Assembly (NCBI GenBank): GCA_050115495.1
Contig: JASFQK010000015.1
Span: 32,001 to 96,000, forward strand
Source: Phycisphaerae bacterium
Lineage (GTDB): Bacteria > Planctomycetota > Phycisphaerae > UBA1845 > Fen-1342
DNA length: 64,000 nt
Reading direction: 5' to 3'
Shown: positions 19,529-28,814 of the stretch, in pieces
Numbering within the stretch: the first letter of the stretch is position 1
Layout: the number at the start of each line of letters is the position of its first letter
Made by a program: the position numbers and the translations under genes
The notes under the pieces: generated by a model
The model's input: only the letters and a program-made list of their open reading frames with translations
Databases searched by the model: none
Told to the model about the DNA's origin: nothing

Positions 19529-21985
19529 TTACGGTGCAACGACGGGCCGGACGCGGATGACGGCCTCCAGCTCGACGAGCTTCATTAGCTGGCGGACGTC
19601 AATCGTTCCGACGACGAGCTTCACGGCTTTGCTCTCGCCCGTCTGCTTGAAGCTGAGCTCGGTGAGGGCAGCCAGCGTCTTCTCCGAGTTGTCGGAGAGG
19701 TAGATCATCACGTCGACGCGCCAGGCGGTTACCTTCAGCTTGCCGAGCGTCAGGTTGCCCTCCTGCCCGTCCTTCTCGACCTTGGCGGCCAGGTCGCGCA
19801 AGACCTCATCCAGCCGCGACGCCGGCGTCTGCTCCTCGACCGTGAGCTCGTCTTCTTCATCACCGAGCTCGCGCACTCCGGCTCTCTCCAATGGCATTGG
19901 CGGTGGAGCAGTCGGTGCCGGGCGTCCCGTCGCACCTCCCAGAACAACGCCCCGCGCGCCACCACTCGCCCGCCTCGGCGCGTACAACTGGCGTTTGCCG
20001 GCGAAGCCCGCTGCACCACGCCCGAACACACCCTCGTAACTGACGCCCGCGGGCATCTCGACGGGCACGTCCACGCGAACCGGCTCGCCGCCGACGGTGA
20101 CGGTCATTTCCTCTACCGCGACGAAGCTCGTGAACTGCGTCATCAGGCGGAACTCGATGCCCAGGTCGATGACCTGCTTCCTGAGCTCGTCGGGGAACTG
20201 ACCGGACTGCGCCGCGGCGTAGTCCTGCATCATGAGATCCTCGACGCGGGCCCGGGCCCACAGCGATGCCAGCGCCTCGTGATCCTGGGCGTTCTCCGGG
20301 ACGTTGATCTCGATCTGCGATTCGTACGGCCCGGCACCGGTGTTGCCACGCAGTGCGATGATGCCGGTAGCGAGCCCGGTCAGCCGCCCGCGCACCATGA
20401 TCGGCCGAGCGGCGAACAGGTCGGGAATGCGAGTCGGGTACACATCGGCGACGGGGAGCTCGCCCCAGTCGATCTCGATATCGGTGAGCACCGGGGCGAG
20501 GATGCGTTCGTGGAAGCGTTCCGCCGCCGCATCGCCCTGGCTTTCGAGCATGACGTACTCGACCTCGCCGCGCCCGGCGCGCGCCATGCCGTCAAGCAGG
20601 AAGCGGTTGACCGAGTTGCCGATACCGAAGCTGAACACGCGCGTCGTGCCGGCGTTCTTCTTCACCGCGTCGATGATGGTCATGGCATCGCCGACGTAGC
20701 CGTCCGTCATGAAACACACGACGCGGATCGGCTGCTGCGAAGCAGGCACGTCAGCGCGGCGGCCCACGGGCATCAGCGCCGCATTAATCGCCTTCATCAT
20801 CTCCGTGCCGCCGCGGCCCTCGCGCGATTCGAGAAAGGCCTGAGCGGCGGCGATGTTCTCGGCCGTCGCCGGCCGCGGGGCATCCCACAGAATGTGCGTG
20901 TCGCCGGCGAACGTGATCAGATTGAACGTGTCGGCCGGCCGCATCTGGTCGATGGCCATGTGCATAACCTGCTTGGCCTTCTCGATCGGGAAGCCGCTCA
21001 TCGACCCGGACGTGTCCAGGACGAAAATGAGCTCGCGGGCCATGAGCTGCGCCGGCACGACGCGTTGCGGCGGCTGGAGCAGGACGGCGAAGAACGTCCC
21101 GCGCTCGTCGCCGTGCACGAGGAACGCATCGCCGATCTCATCGCCGCCCGTCCGGTAGTGCAGCACGAAGTCGCGGTTGGGAATCTCGTCCGCGTCGCGC
21201 AGCGCCACGCGCCACGCGCTGTTCGGCTGCCGGTCCACCGCCTGGGCGTCGATGTCGTACAATTCGCTCTTCACGTCGAAGATGGGCATCCCCGTGAAGA
21301 TCGTCACTTCGAGGCTGATGTCGTGCCCGGCCCGCGTGCCCTCCGGCGTGACGGGCGGAGTGATCCGCGAAGCGTCCGGCACCTGCGGCGTATCCTGGCC
21401 CTTCGTCATCGGAGCGGGAGCGCTTCCGCCACCCGGGATGTACCGCGGCCCCACCACCATCGGGAACACCCACTCGTAGACGCCGTCCTCGTAGCGGACG
21501 GTCTCGGCATAGCTGATCTCGATGACCACCTCGACCCCCGGCTCAATGTTGGCCACCGATTGCGTGAAGATGTTCGGCTGTTCCTGGTCGAGCAGGCTGG
21601 CGACGTGGCCGGCGGCCTTCGCCGTCTCGTAGATCTCGCGAGCCTCGCCGCGCTCCTTGATCTGCCCGACGATCCGCCGATCGCCGACGGTCATAACCAT
21701 CTCATCAACGGCCGCGTCGGAGGGCAGCGGGAAGACGTAGACGGCCTCGATCTTGCGGTCGGTTGGGTTCTGGTAGATCTGCGTGACGTGCACGCGGCCG
21801 ACGAAGCCGCTGATTTCTGCGCTGACGTCGGTATGCCGCAACGGGCAGGCCCCCGTTACCCCACCCTTGTCGTCGAGAATCTGCAATTGCCCCCCGATCG
21901 CCGGCGGTCCCTCCACCCCCGACGCCGTCGCCAGGGCGAAACCCGCCACCAAGATCAGACCGCCGCAGAGGATTCGAGCGCTCAT
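19529..21985 (-). CDS. Secreted VIT + von Willebrand factor A domain protein
   Basis: Signal peptide; VIT (EAVYVFPLP, FTQSVANI); vWA MIDAS DTSGSM and TDG; AAGGAG RBS. Confidence 0.88.
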   Translation of the reverse strand: MSARILCGGLILVAGFALATASGVEGPPAIGGQLQILDDKGGVTGACPLRHTDVSAEISGFVGRVHVTQIYQNPTDRKIEAVYVFPLPSDAAVDEMVMTVGDRRIVGQIKERGEAREIYETAKAAGHVASLLDQEQPNIFTQSVANIEPGVEVVIEISYAETVRYEDGVYEWVFPMVVGPRYIPGGGSAPAPMTKGQDTPQVPDASRITPPVTPEGTRAGHDISLEVTIFTGMPIFDVKSELYDIDAQAVDRQPNSAWRVALRDADEIPNRDFVLHYRTGGDEIGDAFLVHGDERGTFFAVLLQPPQRVVPAQLMARELIFVLDTSGSMSGFPIEKAKQVMHMAIDQMRPADTFNLITFAGDTHILWDAPRPATAENIAAAQAFLESREGRGGTEMMKAINAALMPVGRRADVPASQQPIRVVCFMTDGYVGDAMTIIDAVKKNAGTTRVFSFGIGNSVNRFLLDGMARAGRGEVEYVMLESQGDAAAERFHERILAPVLTDIEIDWGELPVADVYPTRIPDLFAARPIMVRGRLTGLATGIIALRGNTGAGPYESQIEINVPENAQDHEALASLWARARVEDLMMQDYAAAQSGQFPDELRKQVIDLGIEFRLMTQFTSFVAVEEMTVTVGGEPVRVDVPVEMPAGVSYEGVFGRGAAGFAGKRQLYAPRRASGGARGVVLGGATGRPAPTAPPPMPLERAGVRELGDEEDELTVEEQTPASRLDEVLRDLAAKVEKDGQEGNLTLGKLKVTAWRVDVMIYLSDNSEKTLAALTELSFKQTGESKAVKLVVGTIDVRQLMKLVELEAVIRVRPVVAP

Positions 21986-22159
21986 GGTCTTCTCCTTTCG
22001 CCACGAGGTTATACGACCATATCCCCGGCTTAGACGCGGCTTCGGCTGGCAGGTTCCCACGACCCGGCCCCGATGTCCGCCGCGGGCATTGGCATTATCG
22101 CCCCTCCCAGGTTAGGTTGTCCCGTCTTGAGAAGTGAGATTCTCGGACCAGGCGCCCCC

Positions 22160-22555
22160 ATGCCCGTTGTCGCTCACGGTATCGACCTCGTCCGCTGCGA
22201 CCGCATCGCCCGCATCTGGCGGGACCACGGCGATCGCTTCCTCGACCGCGTGTTCACGCCGGCCGAGCGGGCCTATTGCCTCGACTGCAAGACGCCGGTC
22301 GAGCGGCTGGCCGGACGGTTCGCGGCGAAAGAAGCGGTGATGAAGGTCCTGGGCACGGGCTGGCGGGGCGGGATGCGCTGGACGGATATCGAGACCCTGC
22401 CCGACCCCCTGGGCAAGCCGCTGGTGCAGCTCACCGGTGAGACCGGCGACCTGGCCACCCGCCAGGGCATTACCCGGCTCTTGATATCCATCTCACATAC
22501 GACGGATCACGCGATGGCTTCGGTGCTGGCGCTGGGCGAAGCGCCGCGGGCCTGA
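22160..22555 (+). CDS. acpS: Holo-[acyl-carrier-protein] synthase
   Basis: GIDLV, RFAAKEAVMKVLGTG, GKP, SISHT. Confidence 0.93.
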   Translation: MPVVAHGIDLVRCDRIARIWRDHGDRFLDRVFTPAERAYCLDCKTPVERLAGRFAAKEAVMKVLGTGWRGGMRWTDIETLPDPLGKPLVQLTGETGDLATRQGITRLLISISHTTDHAMASVLALGEAPRA

Positions 22556-22655
22556 GCCGGCCGAAGAAAAAAGAGCCGGGTTTGCGGCCCTGGCAGATGC
22601 CTCCGCCTGGGCCGCTCCCGGCCTCGCCACAGCTCACCCTTCCAAAACAGGTCTG

Positions 22656-23372
22656 TTACGCAGTCGCCATCGCAGCCTTGCGCCGACGGCGACGCTTCTT
22701 AACCAGTCCGACCCGCGGCGTATTGGGCGTCCGCGGGGGCAAATCACGTAGGATCGAGCGAATCTCGCGGGCGGTGTCGGTGAAGACGTCGGCGCCCACT
22801 TCCTGCCACAGGCCATCAGCGCGGTTGTAGATCCCGCCGCTGACCACGATGTTCATGGTCGGGCACACGCCGATGTCGCGGATCATCTCGACGAGTCCGC
22901 GGGTCTCGGGCACGTCCTCGGGACGCGTGCCGAAGATGACCAGGACTTCGGGCCGCACCTGGCCGACCAGGGCGAGAATCTCGTCGTGCGGCACACCGCC
23001 GCCGAGCAGATAGACCTCCCAACCGTCGGCTTGCAGCAGGTCGGCGACGACCTCGGCACCAGTCTCTTCCTGGACGCCGTTGGCGCACGTGATGATGATG
23101 CGTTTGCCGTTGCGGGCGGACTGAGGGAGCATGCCCTGTACGTAGTCGACGAGCGTGCGGTTGATGCGGCAGGCCATGTGCTCGGTCGCGAGATTGATCC
23201 GGTCATTGCGGTACAGGCTGTCCACCTGGGCCATGGCCGGCCAGATCACGTCGCAGAGGAGGTCTTCCGCGAGGACACCGTTATCGCACGCTTCCGAGAT
23301 CACGCCAAAGCACTCGGCTCGCCGACCGGCCAACAGGGGTTGCAGGTAACGAATCAACAGGGGTTCCGGCAT
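22656..23372 (-). CDS. Cobalamin (B12)-binding-domain protein (cap plus Rossmann domain, no HTH)
   Basis: Cap helix bundle with ATEH; ADLLQADGWEVYLLG; VVSGG; GAD; basic C-terminal tail. Confidence 0.8.
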   Translation of the reverse strand: MPEPLLIRYLQPLLAGRRAECFGVISEACDNGVLAEDLLCDVIWPAMAQVDSLYRNDRINLATEHMACRINRTLVDYVQGMLPQSARNGKRIIITCANGVQEETGAEVVADLLQADGWEVYLLGGGVPHDEILALVGQVRPEVLVIFGTRPEDVPETRGLVEMIRDIGVCPTMNIVVSGGIYNRADGLWQEVGADVFTDTAREIRSILRDLPPRTPNTPRVGLVKKRRRRRKAAMATA

Positions 23373-23788
23373 GGATGTCGTCTCCGGGGTGCGCCCGCGG
23401 TTCGCCAAACTCCAGGCGAGCCCGCATGGGCCATCTACCGAGCAGCCGGCGCATCCATGCGTCCGGGAAGCCGTGTTGTCCGGGTCAGGTGTGTCTGACC
23501 GCCGTCTCGGGCGGTCTCTTACCCCGCCCACAGTCTCCCGTATCGGGGGCTCGGGTCCCGGCGGTTGAGGGGCCGGCAATGGCAGAAATACAGCGTTTCA
23601 AACAGACGGGGGCGGGTGGCGGCGACCGCTCCCCCAGGAATGATCCTGGGCCCGCCGCAAGCGATGTTTTCTCGGAGCTTGCCCCCGCCGCCCGGCCAAA
23701 TACTGCGAAAGTCTGCACGCACGACTTGCGCCGCCGGCCCGTGAAGCCCGGGCGCACGGCGGCCGCGGCCCCCCACTCCGGCCGCCGC

Positions 23789-23816
23789 TTGACAGTGGCA
23801 TCGCGGGGCGTAACGT
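23789..23816 (+). promoter_or_regulatory. Putative sigma70 promoter
   Basis: TTGACA-N16-TAACGT, about 70 bp upstream of ATG 23887. Confidence 0.45.
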
Positions 23817-23886
23817 ACAGGTTTCGCAAGGGCTGCGGCAGCCGCGCGGGGCTGCGGGCCGGCACGCCCCGGTGCAGGAACTGCGT

Positions 23887-25008
23887 ATGGGTTTCGCCTA
23901 CACACCCGGTCTGTCCGTTGCTGCCGAGGCCACGGTCCACAAGGTCCGCCGCCTCCCCATCCGCGGCGACGTGCTCGTCGATGTCGGGCAGACCGTTGCG
24001 GCGGACGACGTCGTCGCCCAGGCGAGCCTGCCCGGCGAGGTGCGGCCCATCAACCTGGCCACGCAGCTCGGCGTCAGCCCCGAAGACGTGCCGAAGATCA
24101 TGCTCAAGGGCGAGGACGAGCCGGTCCGCCAGGGAGAGCCGCTGGCCCGCACGCACGGGCTGTTCCGCTGGTTTCGGCGGGAGTATCGGGCCCCGCTCGA
24201 TGCGACGGTCGAATCGATCTCGCACGTGACCGGGCAGGTGATCCTGCGCGGGGCGGCGACGCCGCTGCAACGCCGGGCCTACGCCCGCGGCGAAGTGGTG
24301 GCGGTTCAGCCCGGCGAGTCGGCGACGATCGAGGTACGCGGAACGTTTATCCAGGGCATCTTCGGCATCGGCGGCGAGGCGGTGGGTCCGCTCGAACTGA
24401 TCGCCAAGAGCCCGGACGAAGTGATCGACGCCGACCGGCTCAACGAATCCCACGCCGGCCGCGTGCTGGTCGGCGGGAGCCTGGTGACAGCGGCAGCCAT
24501 TCGGCGGGCCGCGGAGCTGGGCATATACGGGCTGGTGACCGGCGGTCTGGACGACGCCGACCTGCGGACCGTGCTCGGTTACGAGTTCGGTGTGGCCATT
24601 ACCGGCGACGAGACGGTCGGTGTGACGATCGTCGTGACCGAGGGCTTCGGGCAGATCGCGATGGCCGCGGGAACGTTCGACCTGCTGGCCCGCCGGGCCG
24701 GGCAGTTGGCCAGCATCAACGGGGCGACGCAGATCCGGGCCGGCGTCATCCGGCCGGAAGTGCTGATCCCGCTGGCCGAGGCCGCCGGAGAGCGGAAGTC
24801 CGCCGTCGGCGGCGGCACGCTGGAGCTGGGCACGCGCCTGCGGGCGATCCGCGAGCCGCATTTCGGGCGGCTGGGCCGTTGCACCGCCCTGCCGGTCGAG
24901 CCGGTGACGCTGGCCAGCGAGGCCCGCGTGCGCGTGCTGGAAGTCGAGTTTGACGATGGCACACGGGCGGTGGTCCCGCGGGCCAACGTAGAGTTGATCA
25001 GCGCCTAG
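23887..25008 (+). CDS. Conserved hypothetical protein (YTPGL family; barrel-sandwich-hybrid-like repeats, C-terminal SH3/KOW-like domain)
   Basis: Motifs AYTPGL, RRLPIRGDVLV, IQGIFGIGGE, GVAITGDE, TEGFG, SINGATQIRAGVIRPE and RIIREPxFG-like. Confidence 0.8.
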   Translation: MGFAYTPGLSVAAEATVHKVRRLPIRGDVLVDVGQTVAADDVVAQASLPGEVRPINLATQLGVSPEDVPKIMLKGEDEPVRQGEPLARTHGLFRWFRREYRAPLDATVESISHVTGQVILRGAATPLQRRAYARGEVVAVQPGESATIEVRGTFIQGIFGIGGEAVGPLELIAKSPDEVIDADRLNESHAGRVLVGGSLVTAAAIRRAAELGIYGLVTGGLDDADLRTVLGYEFGVAITGDETVGVTIVVTEGFGQIAMAAGTFDLLARRAGQLASINGATQIRAGVIRPEVLIPLAEAAGERKSAVGGGTLELGTRLRAIREPHFGRLGRCTALPVEPVTLASEARVRVLEVEFDDGTRAVVPRANVELISA

Positions 25009-25062
25009 TCGCAGCGGGCGGCTCGCCTGATCCGTACAAACGAGAGCCAAGGAGGCTGAAAC

Positions 25063-25245
25063 ATGATGATGAGTCGCTCGCGCAAGATGCTGTGGGCCCT
25101 GGCCACCGGCGCCGTTACCTTCGGGTGGCTCCAAGCCTGGGAGATGACGAACTTCTCCGATTTCTGGACGCAGTTTATTACGCAGTTCCTGAACGCCCTG
25201 ATCACGGCCCTGTTCGGCGGCGATTACAGCACGTTGCTGGCCTAA
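25063..25245 (+). CDS. Small (60 aa) hydrophobic protein
   Basis: AAGGAGG RBS at 25049-25055; fills the gap before tig; basic N-terminus, hydrophobic stretch and amphipathic helix. Confidence 0.65.
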   Translation: MMMSRSRKMLWALATGAVTFGWLQAWEMTNFSDFWTQFITQFLNALITALFGGDYSTLLA

Positions 25246-25306
25246 GTTCGCCACGAAACTCGCCCGATCAGCCGCGGCGCGGAACCACTAGCCAAGGGAG
25301 AGCCCC

Positions 25307-26812
25307 ATGAGAATGCCCGGGTTTCCCGGTGCGATGGAAGACCCCGTCCTCCGGGAGAAGGCCGAACAAGAGGCCGAACGGCTCCTGGAGGAGCTGAAGA
25401 AGGAAGTCAAAGCTGAGGCCCGCGACGTGGGCGTGCTCCGCAAGGAGCTGTGCATCACGGTGCCGGCCAAGGTCATCGCCGACCACCTCGACCACAATTA
25501 CAGCGAGCTGATGCACGACGCGATCGTGCCGGGCTTCCGCAAGGGTCGCGCTCCGCGGCAACTGGTCGAAAAGCGGTTCGGAGCCGAGGTGCGCGAATCG
25601 CTGACGACCTCGATCATCGGCCAGTCTTTCTTTGCAACGACCGATAACCTCAAGCTCGAAGTCCTCGGCGATCCGCTCTTCCAGATCGCCGCCGGCGACG
25701 AAGGCACCAAAATGGTCGGCCTCGACGAGGCCTTGCAGCACGTGAAGCTGCCGGAGAGCGGCGACTTCGTGTACACCTGCGAGGTCGAGATCAAGCCGGA
25801 GTTCGAGCTGCCGGCACTGAGCGGTATCGAGGTCAAGACGCCGGACGTGGCCATCACGGACGAGATGGTCCAGGGCGAACTGCTGCGCCAGCGAAAGTTG
25901 CGCGGCCGCTTCGAGCCGCACCCCGACGCCGCCGCCGAGCGGGACGACCTGATCGTCGCCGACGTGACGCTCTGGGCGGGCGAAGAGAAGGTCAAGACCG
26001 AGGAAAACGTGCAGGTCGGCGTGCGACCCACGCGCCTGGACGGCATCCCCCTGCCGAAGCTGGACGAGGCCCTGACGGGCGTCCGGGTCGGGCAGACGGT
26101 GTCCGTCGACTGCACGATCGCCGACGACTACGAGCGGACGGATTTGCGCGGCAAGGCCGGGCGGTTCGAGTTCAAGGTGCACGAGCTGAAGCGGCTCGTC
26201 CCGCAGGCGATCGACGAGTTCCTCCAAACAGCCGGCTTCGACAAGGAGCAGGACGCGCTCGACTACTTCCGCATGATGATGGAGAACGAGCGCGACCAGA
26301 TGATCGCCCGGGCCAAGCAGGATCAGGTCTGCGCCTACCTGCTCGATAACACCAAGCTCGACGTGCCCGAGCAGCTCTCCGCCCGGCAAACCGACCGGGC
26401 CGTCCTCCGCCGAATGGTGGAGCTGCGGCAGCGCGGCGTGCCCGAGGGCGACCTGGAGGCCCACCTGGACGAGCTGCGGACGTCGGCCCAGAGCGAGGTG
26501 GCCCGCGACCTGAAGCTCAGCTTCATCCTCGAGAAGGTGGCCGAGCAGCTCGACCTGCAGGTCACAGACGAGGAAATCAATACCGAGATTGCCCAGATTG
26601 CCCGGCGGTACAACCGGCGGTTCGACCGCGTCCGGGACGATCTGCGCAAGCAGGACCTGCTGCCCCAGTTGGCCGAGCGGATCCGCCACGACAAGTGCAT
26701 CTCCCGGCTGCTGGAGGATGCCGCGCTCGTGGAAGTAAAGTCTGAGGAAGAGCCGGAGACGGCCGATAAGAAGAGCAAGCCCCGCCGGAAGAAGGCGGAG
26801 GAAAAGGACTGA
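25307..26812 (+). CDS. tig: Trigger factor
   Basis: Ribosome-binding PGFRKGRAP signature; FKBP-like middle domain; precedes clpP. Alternative start at 25334. Confidence 0.93.
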   Translation: MRMPGFPGAMEDPVLREKAEQEAERLLEELKKEVKAEARDVGVLRKELCITVPAKVIADHLDHNYSELMHDAIVPGFRKGRAPRQLVEKRFGAEVRESLTTSIIGQSFFATTDNLKLEVLGDPLFQIAAGDEGTKMVGLDEALQHVKLPESGDFVYTCEVEIKPEFELPALSGIEVKTPDVAITDEMVQGELLRQRKLRGRFEPHPDAAAERDDLIVADVTLWAGEEKVKTEENVQVGVRPTRLDGIPLPKLDEALTGVRVGQTVSVDCTIADDYERTDLRGKAGRFEFKVHELKRLVPQAIDEFLQTAGFDKEQDALDYFRMMMENERDQMIARAKQDQVCAYLLDNTKLDVPEQLSARQTDRAVLRRMVELRQRGVPEGDLEAHLDELRTSAQSEVARDLKLSFILEKVAEQLDLQVTDEEINTEIAQIARRYNRRFDRVRDDLRKQDLLPQLAERIRHDKCISRLLEDAALVEVKSEEEPETADKKSKPRRKKAEEKD

Positions 26813-26855
26813 CCCGCGGCGGACGGCTTGCCGCAACGATAGCGAAGGAGAGCGC

Positions 26856-27494
26856 ATGGCATATTGGCCGGAAGTCGAACGCCCCCGGTTGCAGTCGGGT
26901 CAACCACAGGCCTGGCGCCAGATGGGGCTCAACGAGCTGCTGCTGGAGAACCGGATCATCTTCCTCGATCTGCCGCTCGACCCGCAGATCACGATCAACA
27001 GCAGCACCGTTTGCTCGCACATCATCAAGAGCATGCTGTACCTGCAGTCGATCAAGCGCGACCAGGACATTCACCTGTACATTAACTGTCCCGGCGGCGA
27101 CATCGACGACACGCTGGCCATCTACGACACGATGCGCTTCCTGAACTGCGAGATCGCCACCTATTGCGTCGGCGCTGCCAGCAGCGGGGCCGCCCTGATC
27201 CTGGCCGCCGGCACGAAGGGCAAACGCTACGCCCTGCCCCACGCCAAGGTCATGATCCATCAGCCGTGGGGCTACGTCGGTGGGCAGGCCGCGGACATGC
27301 GTATCCAGGCCGACGAGATCCTCAAGGTCAAGAAGACCATCACGGCCATCCTCTCTGAGCACAGTGGCCGCTCGGTCGAACAGGTCGTCCAGGACACCGA
27401 GCGCGACCGCTACATGACGGCCCAGGAGGCCAAGGAATACGGCCTGATCGACGAGATCCTCGAGGAAGCCAAGACCCCGAAGAAGAAGAAATAG
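26856..27494 (+). CDS. clpP: ATP-dependent Clp protease proteolytic subunit (paralog 1)
   Basis: YINCPGG, GAASSGA (Ser), MIHQP (His), ERD (Asp): triad intact. Confidence 0.92.
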   Translation: MAYWPEVERPRLQSGQPQAWRQMGLNELLLENRIIFLDLPLDPQITINSSTVCSHIIKSMLYLQSIKRDQDIHLYINCPGGDIDDTLAIYDTMRFLNCEIATYCVGAASSGAALILAAGTKGKRYALPHAKVMIHQPWGYVGGQAADMRIQADEILKVKKTITAILSEHSGRSVEQVVQDTERDRYMTAQEAKEYGLIDEILEEAKTPKKKK

Positions 27495-27499
27495 CAAGG

Positions 27500-28129
27500 A
27501 TGCCGCGCATGACCAGCAGCCAGTTGATCCCCATCGTCATCGAGCGCGAAGGCCGTGCCGAACGCGCTTACGACATCTACTCGCGGCTCCTGAAGGACCG
27601 CATCATCTTCCTGGGCGACGAGGTCTCCTCCGACCTGTCGAACGTGATCATCGCCCAGTTGCTCTTCCTGGCCAACGAGGATCCGAAGGCGGACGTGCAC
27701 CTGTACATCAGCTCGCCGGGCGGGTCGGTGTACAGCGGGATGGGCATCTACGACACGATGAGCTACATCCCCTGCCCGGTCGCCACGTACGTCCTGGGCG
27801 CTGCGGCCAGCATGGCCGCCGTCCTGGCCGCCGCCGGCACGGCCGGCAAGCGCTTCATCCTGCCGCACTCGCGGATGATGATTCACCAGCCGCTGGGCGG
27901 GGCCCGCGGTCCGGCCACCGATCTGAAGATCGAGCTGGACGAGATGATGCGCACGCAGCGGCAGCTCTACGAGATCCTCGCCCGGCACACGAACAAGAAC
28001 GTCGACCAGATCACCGCCGACTGCGACCGGAACAACTGGATGGACGCCGAGCAGTCGGTCGAGTACGGTCTGGCGGACAAGGTGCTCGAGGCGATGCCGG
28101 AGCCGCCGGCTCTGCACACCTCGACATAG
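27500..28129 (+). CDS. clpP: ATP-dependent Clp protease proteolytic subunit (paralog 2)
   Basis: ERAYDIYSRLLKDRIIFL, AASMA, MIHQP; DCDRNNW places Asn at the catalytic Asp position. Confidence 0.93.
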   Translation: MPRMTSSQLIPIVIEREGRAERAYDIYSRLLKDRIIFLGDEVSSDLSNVIIAQLLFLANEDPKADVHLYISSPGGSVYSGMGIYDTMSYIPCPVATYVLGAAASMAAVLAAAGTAGKRFILPHSRMMIHQPLGGARGPATDLKIELDEMMRTQRQLYEILARHTNKNVDQITADCDRNNWMDAEQSVEYGLADKVLEAMPEPPALHTST

Positions 28130-28159
28130 CGTCTCGCGTCGCGGAGGGTAGCGACGACC

Positions 28160-28804
28160 ATGACACGTAGCGCATCACCCGCCAGCGCAGCGGCCCGGAC
28201 CCTTGTCCTGGCCGCTGCGCTTGGCTTTGTTCTCTTGTTGGCCACCGGTTGCTGGTCCCCCACCGGCCAGAACGACCTCCAGCACCAGGTCCAGCTCCAG
28301 CGCGAGACGATCGCCCAACAAACCGACCAGATCGCCTCGCTCGAAAACACCGTTCACACGCTCGAACAGCGTCTCGACGATGTCCGGGCTATCAAACCCA
28401 GCGACCTCGAGAAGATCTTCTACCCCGAGAAGATCGAGATCTGCAGTCTCTCCGGCGGCTACGATGCAGACGGCCAGCCCGGCGACGACGGCGTCGTCGT
28501 CTACCTCCGCCCGCTCGACCGTGAAGGCGACGCCCTCAAGGTCGCGGGCGAGATCCGCGTCCAGCTCTACGACCTGGCTGCCCCGCCCCCCGCGAACCTC
28601 CTCGGCGAGTACACCATCCCCGTCGAGCAGGCCCGCGAGCTCTGGTACGGCAAGCTGCTGACCTATCACTACAAGGTGATGTGCCCCTGGCTGCGAACGC
28701 CGCCCGAGCATCCCGAGATCACCATCCGAGCCATGTTCGTCGACTACCTGACGCAACGCGTCCTGTCGACGCAACAGACGTGCACCGTCAAGCTCGCCCG
28801 CTGA
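28160..28804 (+). CDS. Hypothetical lipoprotein with N-terminal coiled coil
   Basis: Lipobox LATGC; GGAGG RBS; host-like codon usage. Confidence 0.75.
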   Translation: MTRSASPASAAARTLVLAAALGFVLLLATGCWSPTGQNDLQHQVQLQRETIAQQTDQIASLENTVHTLEQRLDDVRAIKPSDLEKIFYPEKIEICSLSGGYDADGQPGDDGVVVYLRPLDREGDALKVAGEIRVQLYDLAAPPPANLLGEYTIPVEQARELWYGKLLTYHYKVMCPWLRTPPEHPEITIRAMFVDYLTQRVLSTQQTCTVKLAR

Positions 28805-28814
28805 AACCCCCTGC

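Noticed and set aside
23373..23886. Cobalamin riboswitch or sigma28 promoter upstream of the B12-binding gene
   Set aside because: No B12-box or core riboswitch motifs recognised on either strand; the TCAA...CCCGATAC spacing is 17 nt rather than about 15.
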